A program made the position numbers and the translations under genes. 48,998 nucleotides of DNA from Candidatus Spechtbacteria bacterium SB0662_bin_43 (GTDB taxonomy: Bacteria; Patescibacteriota; Minisyncoccia; Spechtbacterales; 2-12-FULL-38-22). The stretch lies in assembly GCA_009839835.1 (NCBI GenBank), contig VXOY01000005.1, positions 1-48,998 of the forward strand, read 5' to 3'. Position 1 is the stretch's first letter. The number at the start of each line of letters is the position of its first letter. The notes under the pieces were generated by a model. It was not told where the DNA came from and searched no databases. It saw only the letters and a list, made by a program, of their open reading frames with translations. Of this stretch, positions 15,545 through 23,853 are shown piece after piece.

Positions 15545-16486
15545 TCACTCTTCCTCTTCAGGTTGCGAAGCATCGGCAGGTACTGGGTTTTGGGGTACAG
15601 GAGTTGTTTTGTACCAATGGAACAATCTATTTCCGAATCGAGCGTCAATGTATCCTAACTCGTTTTTTCTTCTTTGAATTTTGTTTAGGACATGCTCTAT
15701 ATTCTCAACCTGTGCAACCAAAGGTTCTTTTCTTGAAAAATATGCCTCCCATCCTCCAAAAAACCCTGCACGAATCTCTTGCACATCTTGTATGCTGATA
15801 TAAGCAGGTTGCTCTGAGATTGACCCCAGTGCTTTGTATAGTAAATCGACTTCTTGTCTCTCTTGTTCTGTGAGAACAGTGTCTCCTAACTCAAACTCAT
15901 TCTCACGGGCATCCCGCACAAACCGTAGTAAAAAACCTCGCGTTGTGTTCGGTGCTTCTTCAAAAATAACACCATCTTTTGAGTAGAAAAAGCACCTCTC
16001 AGCTCCATAGGTAGAGCACCAAATACCTTCGTGTTCTCTGGATATCACCTTTACATACATTGTATTTGGTAATTCAAACGAGATATCCATTGTGTGTATT
16101 ATTGGATTTTCTTTTCGGATTTTCTTCTCTACACCTCCGAACGATGAAAAAATAGTAGTCCGAGGCACAAACCCAAACAATGTTTTTTGATTTTCCTCTT
16201 CAAAGTACTCTTCTACAGCCCCACGGATGTACTCTGTGTTGCTCTCAACAACAATGGTCTGTATAGAGAAATAGCCCGAGAAGAAAAGAACATAGCATAC
16301 TCCACCCACAAACAAACACACGGCAATAACACCAATATAGATACGAAGTGGTACATTGATGAGAAATCGTAGTACTGCCTTTGCGTAGCGCCTCCACCTT
16401 CTATGCGTAATAAAAGAGACAAGGGTTGAGACAATACTTTTTACAATACTGTTCCTTTTCTTTTTGTAAAAAAACTCTGTTTCCAT
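15545..16486 (-). CDS. FtsQ/DivIB-like cell-division protein (TM + POTRA)
   Basis: A single TM segment is followed by a POTRA-like block: FSIQTIVVESNTEYI...ENPIIHTMDISFELPNTMYVKVISRE. Confidence 0.5.
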   Translation of the reverse strand: METEFFYKKKRNSIVKSIVSTLVSFITHRRWRRYAKAVLRFLINVPLRIYIGVIAVCLFVGGVCYVLFFSGYFSIQTIVVESNTEYIRGAVEEYFEEENQKTLFGFVPRTTIFSSFGGVEKKIRKENPIIHTMDISFELPNTMYVKVISREHEGIWCSTYGAERCFFYSKDGVIFEEAPNTTRGFLLRFVRDARENEFELGDTVLTEQERQEVDLLYKALGSISEQPAYISIQDVQEIRAGFFGGWEAYFSRKEPLVAQVENIEHVLNKIQRRKNELGYIDARFGNRLFHWYKTTPVPQNPVPADASQPEEEE

Positions 16487-17742
16487 TACGAGATTCTATC
16501 AAACCCTGTATATGGCTGGAGCACAGATGGTATGCGAACAGATCCATCGTGCTGTTGGTAGTTTTCCAAGAGTGCTATGAGTATTCTACCGATTGCAAGT
16601 GCTGTACCATTCGCAATATGGACAAAGTGGTTAGCCTTGTCTTTACGGTATCGTATATTCAATCTGCGAGCCTGAAAATCACCTGTATCGCTCGTTGAGT
16701 GAGTCTCGCGGTACGTCTCCTGGCTTGGTATCCACGACTCAATATCGTACTGACGTTTGGCAACAAACCCCATATCTCCTGTACAGATAGAGACGACTCG
16801 ATACGGAATTTCCAGTCTTTGCATCAATCGCTCTTGGGTTTCAAGCATCAGTAGGTGTTCTTTTTCTGCTTGTTCTACTGTTGCAAATGACACCATTTCA
16901 ATCTTATCAAATTGATGAACTCGCAGAATACCTTTTGTGTCTTTTCCATACGACCCTGCTTCTCTACGAAACGCAGACGAAAAACCAATAAATCTTCGTG
17001 GCAAGGTTTCGCACTCTATGACTTCGTTGCAAAACATCGGAACAATAGAGTGCTCTGCTGTTGCAACCAAGTATAAGTCATCCTTTTCTATATAGTACGC
17101 TTCATCTGAGTCTTTTTCTAAGTACCCTAATCCTTGCATTGCGTTCTTGTTGATCAAAACAGGAGGCACGATAGGCACAAAGCGCTCTTTCATTACCTCG
17201 TCAAATACAAATCGTACAAGGGCAAACTCAAGCAAGGCTGCTTGGTTTTTGATGTACCCAAATCGAGTTCCAGACACCTTTGCAGCTCGGTCTATGTCAA
17301 TCAAATCGTATGCTTTTGCTATCTCAAGGTAGTCTTTTGGTTTGAATGAAAACGATGGCTTCTCGCCAAAAACACGCAGAACAACGTTGTCATCTTCGTC
17401 TGTTCCGCGAGGCACATCATTGCTCGGTATGTTTGGTATCTTGTGCAGCGCTGTATCAAGTGCCTCCTTTTTTGTACGGAGTATAGACTCATTGTGTTGT
17501 ACTTTTCGTTTTATTTCTTCAGCTTTTTTCAAAAGACCACTCCTTGCTTCGCTGTTCTTTTGTGCTGCAATCTGTTCTGTTATTGTATTGCGAGAAGCAC
17601 GCAAATCTTCTGTTGTGCGCAGCACCTGCTTGTACTCATCATCCAATGCTATGATGTCGTCAATGCGAATATCGCTCTTTTTCGCACGGACACCTTCTTG
17701 GACTTCCTTTCTATTATTGCGAATATAGTCAGGTGAAATCAT
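16486..17742 (-). CDS. serS: serine--tRNA ligase
   Basis: N-terminal coiled-coil arm plus class II motifs (FRREAGS..DT.G..RVHQF.K.E, GTA.A..R). Confidence 0.95.
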   Translation of the reverse strand: MISPDYIRNNRKEVQEGVRAKKSDIRIDDIIALDDEYKQVLRTTEDLRASRNTITEQIAAQKNSEARSGLLKKAEEIKRKVQHNESILRTKKEALDTALHKIPNIPSNDVPRGTDEDDNVVLRVFGEKPSFSFKPKDYLEIAKAYDLIDIDRAAKVSGTRFGYIKNQAALLEFALVRFVFDEVMKERFVPIVPPVLINKNAMQGLGYLEKDSDEAYYIEKDDLYLVATAEHSIVPMFCNEVIECETLPRRFIGFSSAFRREAGSYGKDTKGILRVHQFDKIEMVSFATVEQAEKEHLLMLETQERLMQRLEIPYRVVSICTGDMGFVAKRQYDIESWIPSQETYRETHSTSDTGDFQARRLNIRYRKDKANHFVHIANGTALAIGRILIALLENYQQHDGSVRIPSVLQPYTGFDRIS

Positions 17743-18440
17743 ATATGTATTATATCACTTATTCCTTCTTCTTGTTGGAACGCGCATACTGCGCAGCGCG
17801 AATTGGGTCGTGGAGGAGCGTCCTCGTTCATAACACCTATTGCTCTTTGTATAGTACGCATTGCTTGCGCGCTTGAAAGAGTAATGCGTTGAACATCAAT
17901 ACCGAATTGCAGTACCCCTTGTTTGACGACCTTTTGTGGATAGTAAAATACCAAATATCCGTATGGCGCAATCTTGTAGTCGTTTTTCTCTATTAGCAAT
18001 GAGTACACATCTAATTGTAGCTGATAATGGTAGTTTCCTTTCTCTTGTTTTTCGTATCCTCGTGTTTTGTAGTCAATAGGTGCGTAGCAATTATCAATGA
18101 TCATACAGTCGTCCAGCGCTCCGATAACAAGGACATCAGTGTCGTCAATACGGTACGAAAGCCCTTTTCGCCAATTTCTCCACTTATCTATTGTGTTTTG
18201 TTCTACTAACGCGCCATCGGACACGGTTTTCATCTCAGGAGGTAAAGTATTTTGTGCGCGATACGTATCAAAGTACTGCTTCACAACAGAATCCATACCT
18301 GACGCAATAGAAGGAAATGGATACCTGTTTGCTTTGTGTTTTGTGTTGGCGTGAAACCAAAAACATCGTGGACAGTCTTGAAAAATGCGCAGTGTTGAAG
18401 GAGAAAGATATACGTTCTTGCCACCAGTCATATACCTCAC
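17739..18440 (-). CDS. PD-(D/E)XK nuclease family protein (Cas4/RecB-like with terminal Cys pairs)
   Basis: LSPSTL..FQDCPRCFW, GALDD, IDYKT and YQLQLDVY, with C-terminal CAVC. Its stop overlaps the serS start (ATGA). Confidence 0.55.
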   Translation of the reverse strand: MRYMTGGKNVYLSPSTLRIFQDCPRCFWFHANTKHKANRYPFPSIASGMDSVVKQYFDTYRAQNTLPPEMKTVSDGALVEQNTIDKWRNWRKGLSYRIDDTDVLVIGALDDCMIIDNCYAPIDYKTRGYEKQEKGNYHYQLQLDVYSLLIEKNDYKIAPYGYLVFYYPQKVVKQGVLQFGIDVQRITLSSAQAMRTIQRAIGVMNEDAPPRPNSRCAVCAFQQEEGISDIIHI

Positions 18441-18534
18441 TATAGCGCATTTTTTGTTGTATCAAAAGGATACCGTGATACATTAGATGTGTACCATTGC
18501 AACCAATACTTTATATTCACAGATTGATATTTTA

Positions 18535-18565
18535 AACAAAAAAAGAGGTCGCGCAAGCGACCTCT
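18535..18565 (-). terminator. intrinsic terminator
   Basis: Minus-strand stem AGAGGUCGC/GCGACCUCU with a 4-nt loop, followed by UUUUUUUGUUU. Confidence 0.7.
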
Positions 18566-18575
18566 TGACTGTGCG

Positions 18576-18854
18576 TCATCCCGCAGACACCAACAGTATG
18601 CCTACGAGAAGTGCTATGTTGGCAATAAAGGCACCAAGCGCTTCCTCAATGCCAAACCCAAAGGTTGCACCAGCAGTGACGGGTATGAGGAGCAGCAGGA
18701 GCACGAAGATGCGAGGCAAGGTGATGATGGTTTCTGGTCCGTACTCCTCCGTGTCTTCTCTTCTCCGTCTCTCCATGTGCGCCTGTGCCGTAAGGGGACC
18801 CATTCCAGACGTCTCCTTGAGGTGTCTCTTTCTGCGGCTCTCCGTTTTAGACAT
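18576..18854 (-). CDS. small membrane protein (92 aa), hypothetical
   Basis: AAAGGA lies 6 nt upstream of the ATG at 18854. Charged N-terminus, two hydrophobic segments, and a terminator immediately downstream. Confidence 0.45.
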   Translation of the reverse strand: MSKTESRRKRHLKETSGMGPLTAQAHMERRRREDTEEYGPETIITLPRIFVLLLLLIPVTAGATFGFGIEEALGAFIANIALLVGILLVSAG

Positions 18855-18979
18855 ATCACATCCTTTCTGTTCTGTTGACACATGTGACTACTTTTTTATT
18901 GCCATAATATATTATAATAGTCAAGAGCATTCATCTCTAAAAAACAAAAAACACTCAAAGAGTGCTTCTTGCTACTTCG

Positions 18980-19199
18980 TGTCTCAAAATGAGAGCAGAA
19001 GTACAGTGCCTACCTCTTATATAAATATACAATGCAAGCAGAGTATACTATATAAAAAGATAGACACAGCACTTCTGCCATCAATCACAGAATACAAGAT
19101 CCTATGAGAGACGACAGAAGCAAAGTGTACTCACTTTCGCAAGTACAATATCAGTATAATCTATGCTTGTTTTTTTGTCAAGGGGGTTTGTGTGGATAA
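18980..19199. repeat. inverted repeat copy A (220 bp, 100% identical to the reverse complement of 27673-27892)
   Basis: Compared block by block in 10-nt units with no mismatch. Confidence 0.95.
18981..19146 (-). ncRNA. structured RNA unit inside repeat copy A (identical to 27726-27891)
   Basis: On the minus strand, TTGACA (19176-19181), 17-nt spacer and TATACT (19153-19158). Long hairpin and a U-tract. Contains a 23-codon mini-ORF at 19010-19081. Confidence 0.4.
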
Positions 19200-19201
19200 C
19201 G

Positions 19202-20950
19202 CTATTTGTCATACGGTATTGAGTAGTGATGGAAAAGGAACTTGGCAATATCGTGAAATACTGGAGATAACGAATCAGTAGCAAATCTAATAGTTTGTGG
19301 TCGATCTACCCTCAGGATGCCAACAAACTTTGGATTGTACGCAGGTGCATACCCTACAAAGGAGTGTATTACCCTATCCTGATAATATCCTTGACCATCT
19401 TCTTGTGCTACCTGTGCTGTACCTGTTTTCGCAGCAATACTGTAGCCAGGGACTGCCAGCTTTGCGCCATACCCATTCTCTGCTGTACTAACAAGCATAT
19501 CGGTTATCCGTGTTGCAGTAAACGAAGAAATTGGTCGTGCAACTTCTTCAGGCTCTGTTATGGTCTCATTGCCTTCGTGGTCAACGATTCGTTCCACAAT
19601 ATATGGTTGCATCATAATGCCGTCGTTTGCCAACGCAGAAATTGCTGTAAGCATACGGAGTGGTGTTATAGATATACCTTGTCCATACGTTGCAGTTGCA
19701 AAGTTTACATCAGGTGCTCCTTTGCGAACACCGTGAAGGCTACCTACTGTCTCTCCTGCCAACGTGATGCCTGTTGCTTTCTTGAGTTGGAACTTTTCTA
19801 AATAGTCAGAAAAGGTTTCCTGCCCCATTTGTTCCATTGCAAAAACAGTACCTGTATTCAAAGACTCTTCCAATACCTGTGTCATTGTTTGTTTTCCTCT
19901 TCCAACTCCTCCAACATTGCTCAATCTTCGACCACTTACTACTACAAACCCATTGTCTTCGTACGTGGTAATCGGTGTTATTGCTCCTGAATCTAAAGCA
20001 GATGCAATGGTGATTGGTTTAAAAATAGACCCTGGTTCAAACGCACCACTTATTGCGTTATTTTTGAAAACAGCGTATTTGTCCTCCTGGTCATCGGAGA
20101 TATACTTGCTATAGTTATTTGGGTCAAACGATGGACAGTGAGCCATTGCAAGGATTGCACCTGTTTGTGGGTCCATAAATATCGCACTCCCAGACTCTGC
20201 GTGCGTCCTCTCAACGACATCACACAATATTTCTTCAACTTGGTACTGTACTGTGTTATCAATTGTCAGTTCGATATCTGCACCAGGAAAACCTACTTTT
20301 GTTTTATCAATACCCAAAAATGGCAGCGCTTCTGCAAAGCCCGATGTTCCAACCAACGTGCTGTTAAAGTACTGCTCTATACCGTATCGCCCTATTATTC
20401 CTTGATCTTTTGAGTCTCCCACATACCCAATAACTTGTGCTGCACGACTATTTCGTGGATAGAAACGAGTATCTTCATATCTGATATATACACCTTGCAA
20501 TTCTGCGTCTTGTATTTTTTGAACCTCTTCTTGTGAGAGACGATCTGCAATACGGACATAGCGCGAATCGCGGTCGCTCAATTGAGTAAGGAGAGTGTCC
20601 CATTCTCCGTCGTCAATCTGCACTAACTGTGCAAGAGCCCCTAATATAATAGTTGGGTTTTCAATTTGTGCTGGCACTGCGAACACGTGAGGCGTCTCTT
20701 TGTTGGTCGCAACAAGCACCCGTGCTTTCCCTGCTCTGTCTTGCATATAAATCTGACCTCGTGGTTGCTCTACCTCATTGATTTCGCTTCGTTGCCCCAA
20801 TTCTTTTGCTGCATTCAGACTTCCATTTTGAATCTGAAACTTGTAGAGCTGAAAGAGGACAGTAGACGAAAGTACAAGAAAAAAAGCACCAAGCAGTATC
20901 AAGCGTGGCACCCTTGTAAAGAGACTGAGGAGAGCTGAAAGAGGTATCAT
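19202..20950 (-). CDS. ftsI: penicillin-binding protein 2 / FtsI-type peptidoglycan D,D-transpeptidase
   Basis: N-terminal TM segment and PBP dimer domain, plus SIFKPIT (SxxK), SLN (SxN) and KTGTA. Located in the mraZ-rsmH-ftsL context. Confidence 0.9.
   Translation of the reverse strand: MIPLSALLSLFTRVPRLILLGAFFLVLSSTVLFQLYKFQIQNGSLNAAKELGQRSEINEVEQPRGQIYMQDRAGKARVLVATNKETPHVFAVPAQIENPTIILGALAQLVQIDDGEWDTLLTQLSDRDSRYVRIADRLSQEEVQKIQDAELQGVYIRYEDTRFYPRNSRAAQVIGYVGDSKDQGIIGRYGIEQYFNSTLVGTSGFAEALPFLGIDKTKVGFPGADIELTIDNTVQYQVEEILCDVVERTHAESGSAIFMDPQTGAILAMAHCPSFDPNNYSKYISDDQEDKYAVFKNNAISGAFEPGSIFKPITIASALDSGAITPITTYEDNGFVVVSGRRLSNVGGVGRGKQTMTQVLEESLNTGTVFAMEQMGQETFSDYLEKFQLKKATGITLAGETVGSLHGVRKGAPDVNFATATYGQGISITPLRMLTAISALANDGIMMQPYIVERIVDHEGNETITEPEEVARPISSFTATRITDMLVSTAENGYGAKLAVPGYSIAAKTGTAQVAQEDGQGYYQDRVIHSFVGYAPAYNPKFVGILRVDRPQTIRFATDSLSPVFHDIAKFLFHHYSIPYDK
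19212..19234. repeat. 23-nt direct repeat copy 1 (last codons of ftsI)
   Basis: tacggtattgagtagtgatggaa is identical to 27595-27617 in the same orientation. Confidence 0.95.
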
Positions 20951-21030
20951 AGCTACACTATCTTACGAATGAGAACAAGGAATAAACAAAATAAAAGTTG
21001 CTCATTGCTCTGTTTCTCATCTTTGTTTTG

Positions 21031-21435
21031 TTAGTTGTTTTCAACAAACGTAAATGGTGATTGCACTGACCGCTCAACGTAATGAACAGAACTGATAGCA
21101 GCGTACGATGACGATAGGCTTGCTTCCAATAGGTGCTCTAAAGAACTTTCCTGACTCATTGTTATTTGTAGATTCCTTGATTCTGTTTGCGCTGCTGTTA
21201 TTTGGTTGTGGAGGTCTTTTATAGCGTAGTCGCGTTCCATTAGAGCGGTTGCTGTAATAATATATCCTACCACAACAATAACAAAAATACTTATCAAGAT
21301 AAAAAGAAATGGGTATGAGCGTCGAAATTGCAACCCATGTGCGAGAAAGTGACCTACTCCTGATACGTGAAAAGAAGGTACAGCAAACGAGCTTCCTGCT
21401 AACGAGAGTAACGGTTTGATAGTATGAAAAGACAT
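21031..21435 (-). CDS. FtsL-like membrane protein (TM + coiled coil)
   Basis: Position between rsmH and ftsI. One TM segment followed by a heptad-like segment (IKDLHNQITAAQTESRNLQ). Confidence 0.5.
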   Translation of the reverse strand: MSFHTIKPLLSLAGSSFAVPSFHVSGVGHFLAHGLQFRRSYPFLFILISIFVIVVVGYIITATALMERDYAIKDLHNQITAAQTESRNLQITMSQESSLEHLLEASLSSSYAAISSVHYVERSVQSPFTFVENN

Positions 21436-21458
21436 AGGTATAAATTAAATATTGGTAA

Positions 21459-22352
21459 TTAGATAGTATGAAATGCTCGTAATTTCGCGCTCCTGCTTCG
21501 TCTGTTGCGCTGAATTTCTGTGAAGTGCGGAACAACGACTTTTTTGGTGAGAATGTTTCCAATCCCCTTCTTTTTCCAGTCCTGAAATACAGTTTTTACA
21601 ACACGATCTTCTAAGGAATGAAAACTAATAACAACAATTCGTCCGTCTTTTCCTATGTGAGATTGCGCTGCGTACAATCCTTGTTTGAGTGCCCCTATTT
21701 CGTCATTTACTGCGATTCGCAACGCTTGGAATATACGAGTTGCCGGGTGCATTTTCCGCTTTGTATGACGAGGAATAACAGATGTGATGATATCTACAAG
21801 TTGTTGTGTTGTGCGTATCTTTTCCTGCCGCCTCTTTTGAAAAATTGCTTTTGCAATGTGCTGTGCTTTTGGTTCTTCACCGTACTCTTGAAAAATGTAC
21901 TCCAGAGTATCACGCGGTGCACTATTGATGATGTTAGCTGCTGTTTGTGCCGAAGTATCTGTTGCGTTATAGCGCATATCCAAGGGTTCGTCTCGTAAAA
22001 ATGAAAATCCTCGTCCGCTATGCTCAACGTGCCAAGAAGAAAATCCAAGATCAAACAACACACCACTCACGTTCTCAAACTGCTCATCTTGGCACATATC
22101 GTCCAAATCACGATAATTGCCATTCACTACTACTACGTTTTGATAGAGCCTCTGTTGTATCACTCGCTTGCAAAGAAATGATGCCATTACGTCGTCTCGC
22201 TCTATGGCTAAAATGTTGCCTTTGCTTCCAATAGCGCGAGCTATAGCAAATGTGTGTCCACCATATCCTGCTGTTGCATCTATAACCGTATCCCCTTGTT
22301 GTAATGCGAGATAGTGCAATACCTCATCTATCATTACAGGAGTATGAATCAT
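21459..22352 (-). CDS. rsmH: 16S rRNA (cytosine1402-N4)-methyltransferase
   Basis: HTPVM..EVL, DATAGYGGH, DLGFSS.H and FHSLEDR. Confidence 0.9.
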   Translation of the reverse strand: MIHTPVMIDEVLHYLALQQGDTVIDATAGYGGHTFAIARAIGSKGNILAIERDDVMASFLCKRVIQQRLYQNVVVVNGNYRDLDDMCQDEQFENVSGVLFDLGFSSWHVEHSGRGFSFLRDEPLDMRYNATDTSAQTAANIINSAPRDTLEYIFQEYGEEPKAQHIAKAIFQKRRQEKIRTTQQLVDIITSVIPRHTKRKMHPATRIFQALRIAVNDEIGALKQGLYAAQSHIGKDGRIVVISFHSLEDRVVKTVFQDWKKKGIGNILTKKVVVPHFTEIQRNRRSRSAKLRAFHTI

Positions 22353-22362
22353 AACCGCATTG

Positions 22363-22794
22363 CTAAACGCCTATATCGCCCAAGCGCTCTGCCATATTAC
22401 CTGCATCTTTTTCACTCTTCGTTTTGTATTCTTCCCATGTGCTGCTATCCCAAATCTCCATACGGTTGAATAATCCAGCAACAACCACCTGCTTTTCTAA
22501 CTCTGCGTATTCCTTCAAGTAGTCAGGAATAATGATTCGCCCCAATTTATCGACCGAGACTTCCATCGCACCTGCCAACATTAACCTACTGAATCCCCGT
22601 GCATCGCTTTGTCCTAATGGCAGCGCACCGAGCTTTTCTGCTAATAACTGCCATTCTCTGTGCGGAAAAACAAATAAACAATGATCCAGACCTCTGGTTA
22701 CAACAACAATGTTCCCTGCCTCAGTACGAAACTTTGAAGGAATCGCCAACCTTTTCTTTTGGTCTATAGAGTGAGTGTATTCTCCAAGAAACAT
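22363..22794 (-). CDS. mraZ: transcriptional regulator MraZ
   Basis: MFLGEY.HSIDQKKRL.IPSKFR plus a second SpoVT/AbrB-like DKLGRIIIP repeat. Confidence 0.9.
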   Translation of the reverse strand: MFLGEYTHSIDQKKRLAIPSKFRTEAGNIVVVTRGLDHCLFVFPHREWQLLAEKLGALPLGQSDARGFSRLMLAGAMEVSVDKLGRIIIPDYLKEYAELEKQVVVAGLFNRMEIWDSSTWEEYKTKSEKDAGNMAERLGDIGV

Positions 22795-22845
22795 TGCAGT
22801 ACGAAAGATAAATTACGAAAAGGTGTACAGCGGGAAGAATTAACA

Positions 22846-23030
22846 TTATCCACAATTCTGCTTACTTATCCCCACTTTTATCCACTGCTACCCTTTTACT
22901 CCCCTATTGTACCTTACTCTACCTTTGTACTCAATAGATTTTATCCACATAAAAAGTATGGAAGTACCTGTGTTTTGTCATATTTATACACAATAATTTT
23001 ATTATCCACAGATTTTTTATGTATTCCACA
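22846..23030 (+). promoter_or_regulatory. cluster of DnaA-box-like TTATCCACA motifs (3 perfect, 2 with one mismatch, 1 with two mismatches, all same orientation)
   Basis: Perfect copies at 22846-54, 22941-49 and 23002-10. TTATCCCCA at 22866-74, TTATCCACT at 22878-86 and TATTCCACA at 23022-30. AT-rich flanks, in a non-coding 400-nt gap upstream of mraZ. Confidence 0.5.
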
Positions 23031-23128
23031 TCGCCCCACTCTTCAGTATAAAACACCTATTCTCTCTTCATCTTTTCCAATTCTCAATTCTGTTCATAGA
23101 GAAAAATAAGGATTGTAAATACAAATAT

Positions 23129-23162
23129 CAAAAAAACAACAGAGATTCTGTTGTTTTTTTTT
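23129..23162. terminator. bidirectional terminator-like hairpin
   Basis: Stem ACAACAG/CTGTTGT with an A-run before it and a T-run after it. Confidence 0.55.
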
Positions 23163-23192
23163 GAACCTGCTGAGCGAGGTTTCGTTACTACT

Positions 23193-23756
23193 CTACTGTT
23201 GTGGGTTTTGAGTAGGAGGCTTTTGTTCTTGTGGGGGCATTGGTCCTGTGGTCTGTTGTGGTTGTGCTCCTGGATTCTGGGGAGGAGAAGGATTCTGTGC
23301 TGGTGATTGCGTTATATCAATAGAGGGAGGTGCAGGAGAAGCAGTAGCAGGTTCGCCTGTTGGTTGTGATGTAGGTGGTACATTCTCACCACTCATAGGC
23401 TGTGGCTGTGACACTGATGGCTGCATTGGCTCTGCGGCACCGTTGTTCATTGGTGTTGGTGGTGTCTTCATTGTTTGCTGTACTGGTGACTGAATAGAAT
23501 CAGAAGACGGTGAAGGTTGAGATGCGGGCTGCTGTGGAGGTTGCATTACTGGTGTTGAATCTCCTCCGTCAAAAGAAGATGGTGAATACATGCCACCCTG
23601 CTCTCCTGTTGAGTCAGGCGATGGAGAGCCATTTGGTTGCGAGTCTTGAGATAATATCTCGTTCGATGTTGTATGTTTTCTTATGAAAAAAAAGTAGTAT
23701 CCTGCTATTGCCAACACAACTATCACTATAAGTACAGGAAGTAAAAAACCGCTCAT
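23193..23756 (-). CDS. membrane-anchored Pro/Gln/Ser-rich low-complexity protein
   Basis: N-terminal TM segment (LLPVLIVIVVLAIAGYYFFFI) followed by about 150 aa of P/Q/S-rich sequence. Confidence 0.5.
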   Translation of the reverse strand: MSGFLLPVLIVIVVLAIAGYYFFFIRKHTTSNEILSQDSQPNGSPSPDSTGEQGGMYSPSSFDGGDSTPVMQPPQQPASQPSPSSDSIQSPVQQTMKTPPTPMNNGAAEPMQPSVSQPQPMSGENVPPTSQPTGEPATASPAPPSIDITQSPAQNPSPPQNPGAQPQQTTGPMPPQEQKPPTQNPQQ

Positions 23757-23853
23757 AATAATGTATAATTAAGAAATAATAAGATACACTTTTAGTATAC
23801 CATAATACAAAGAATAGTACTGTAATACGAAAGTAACCAAACAACAACCATTT

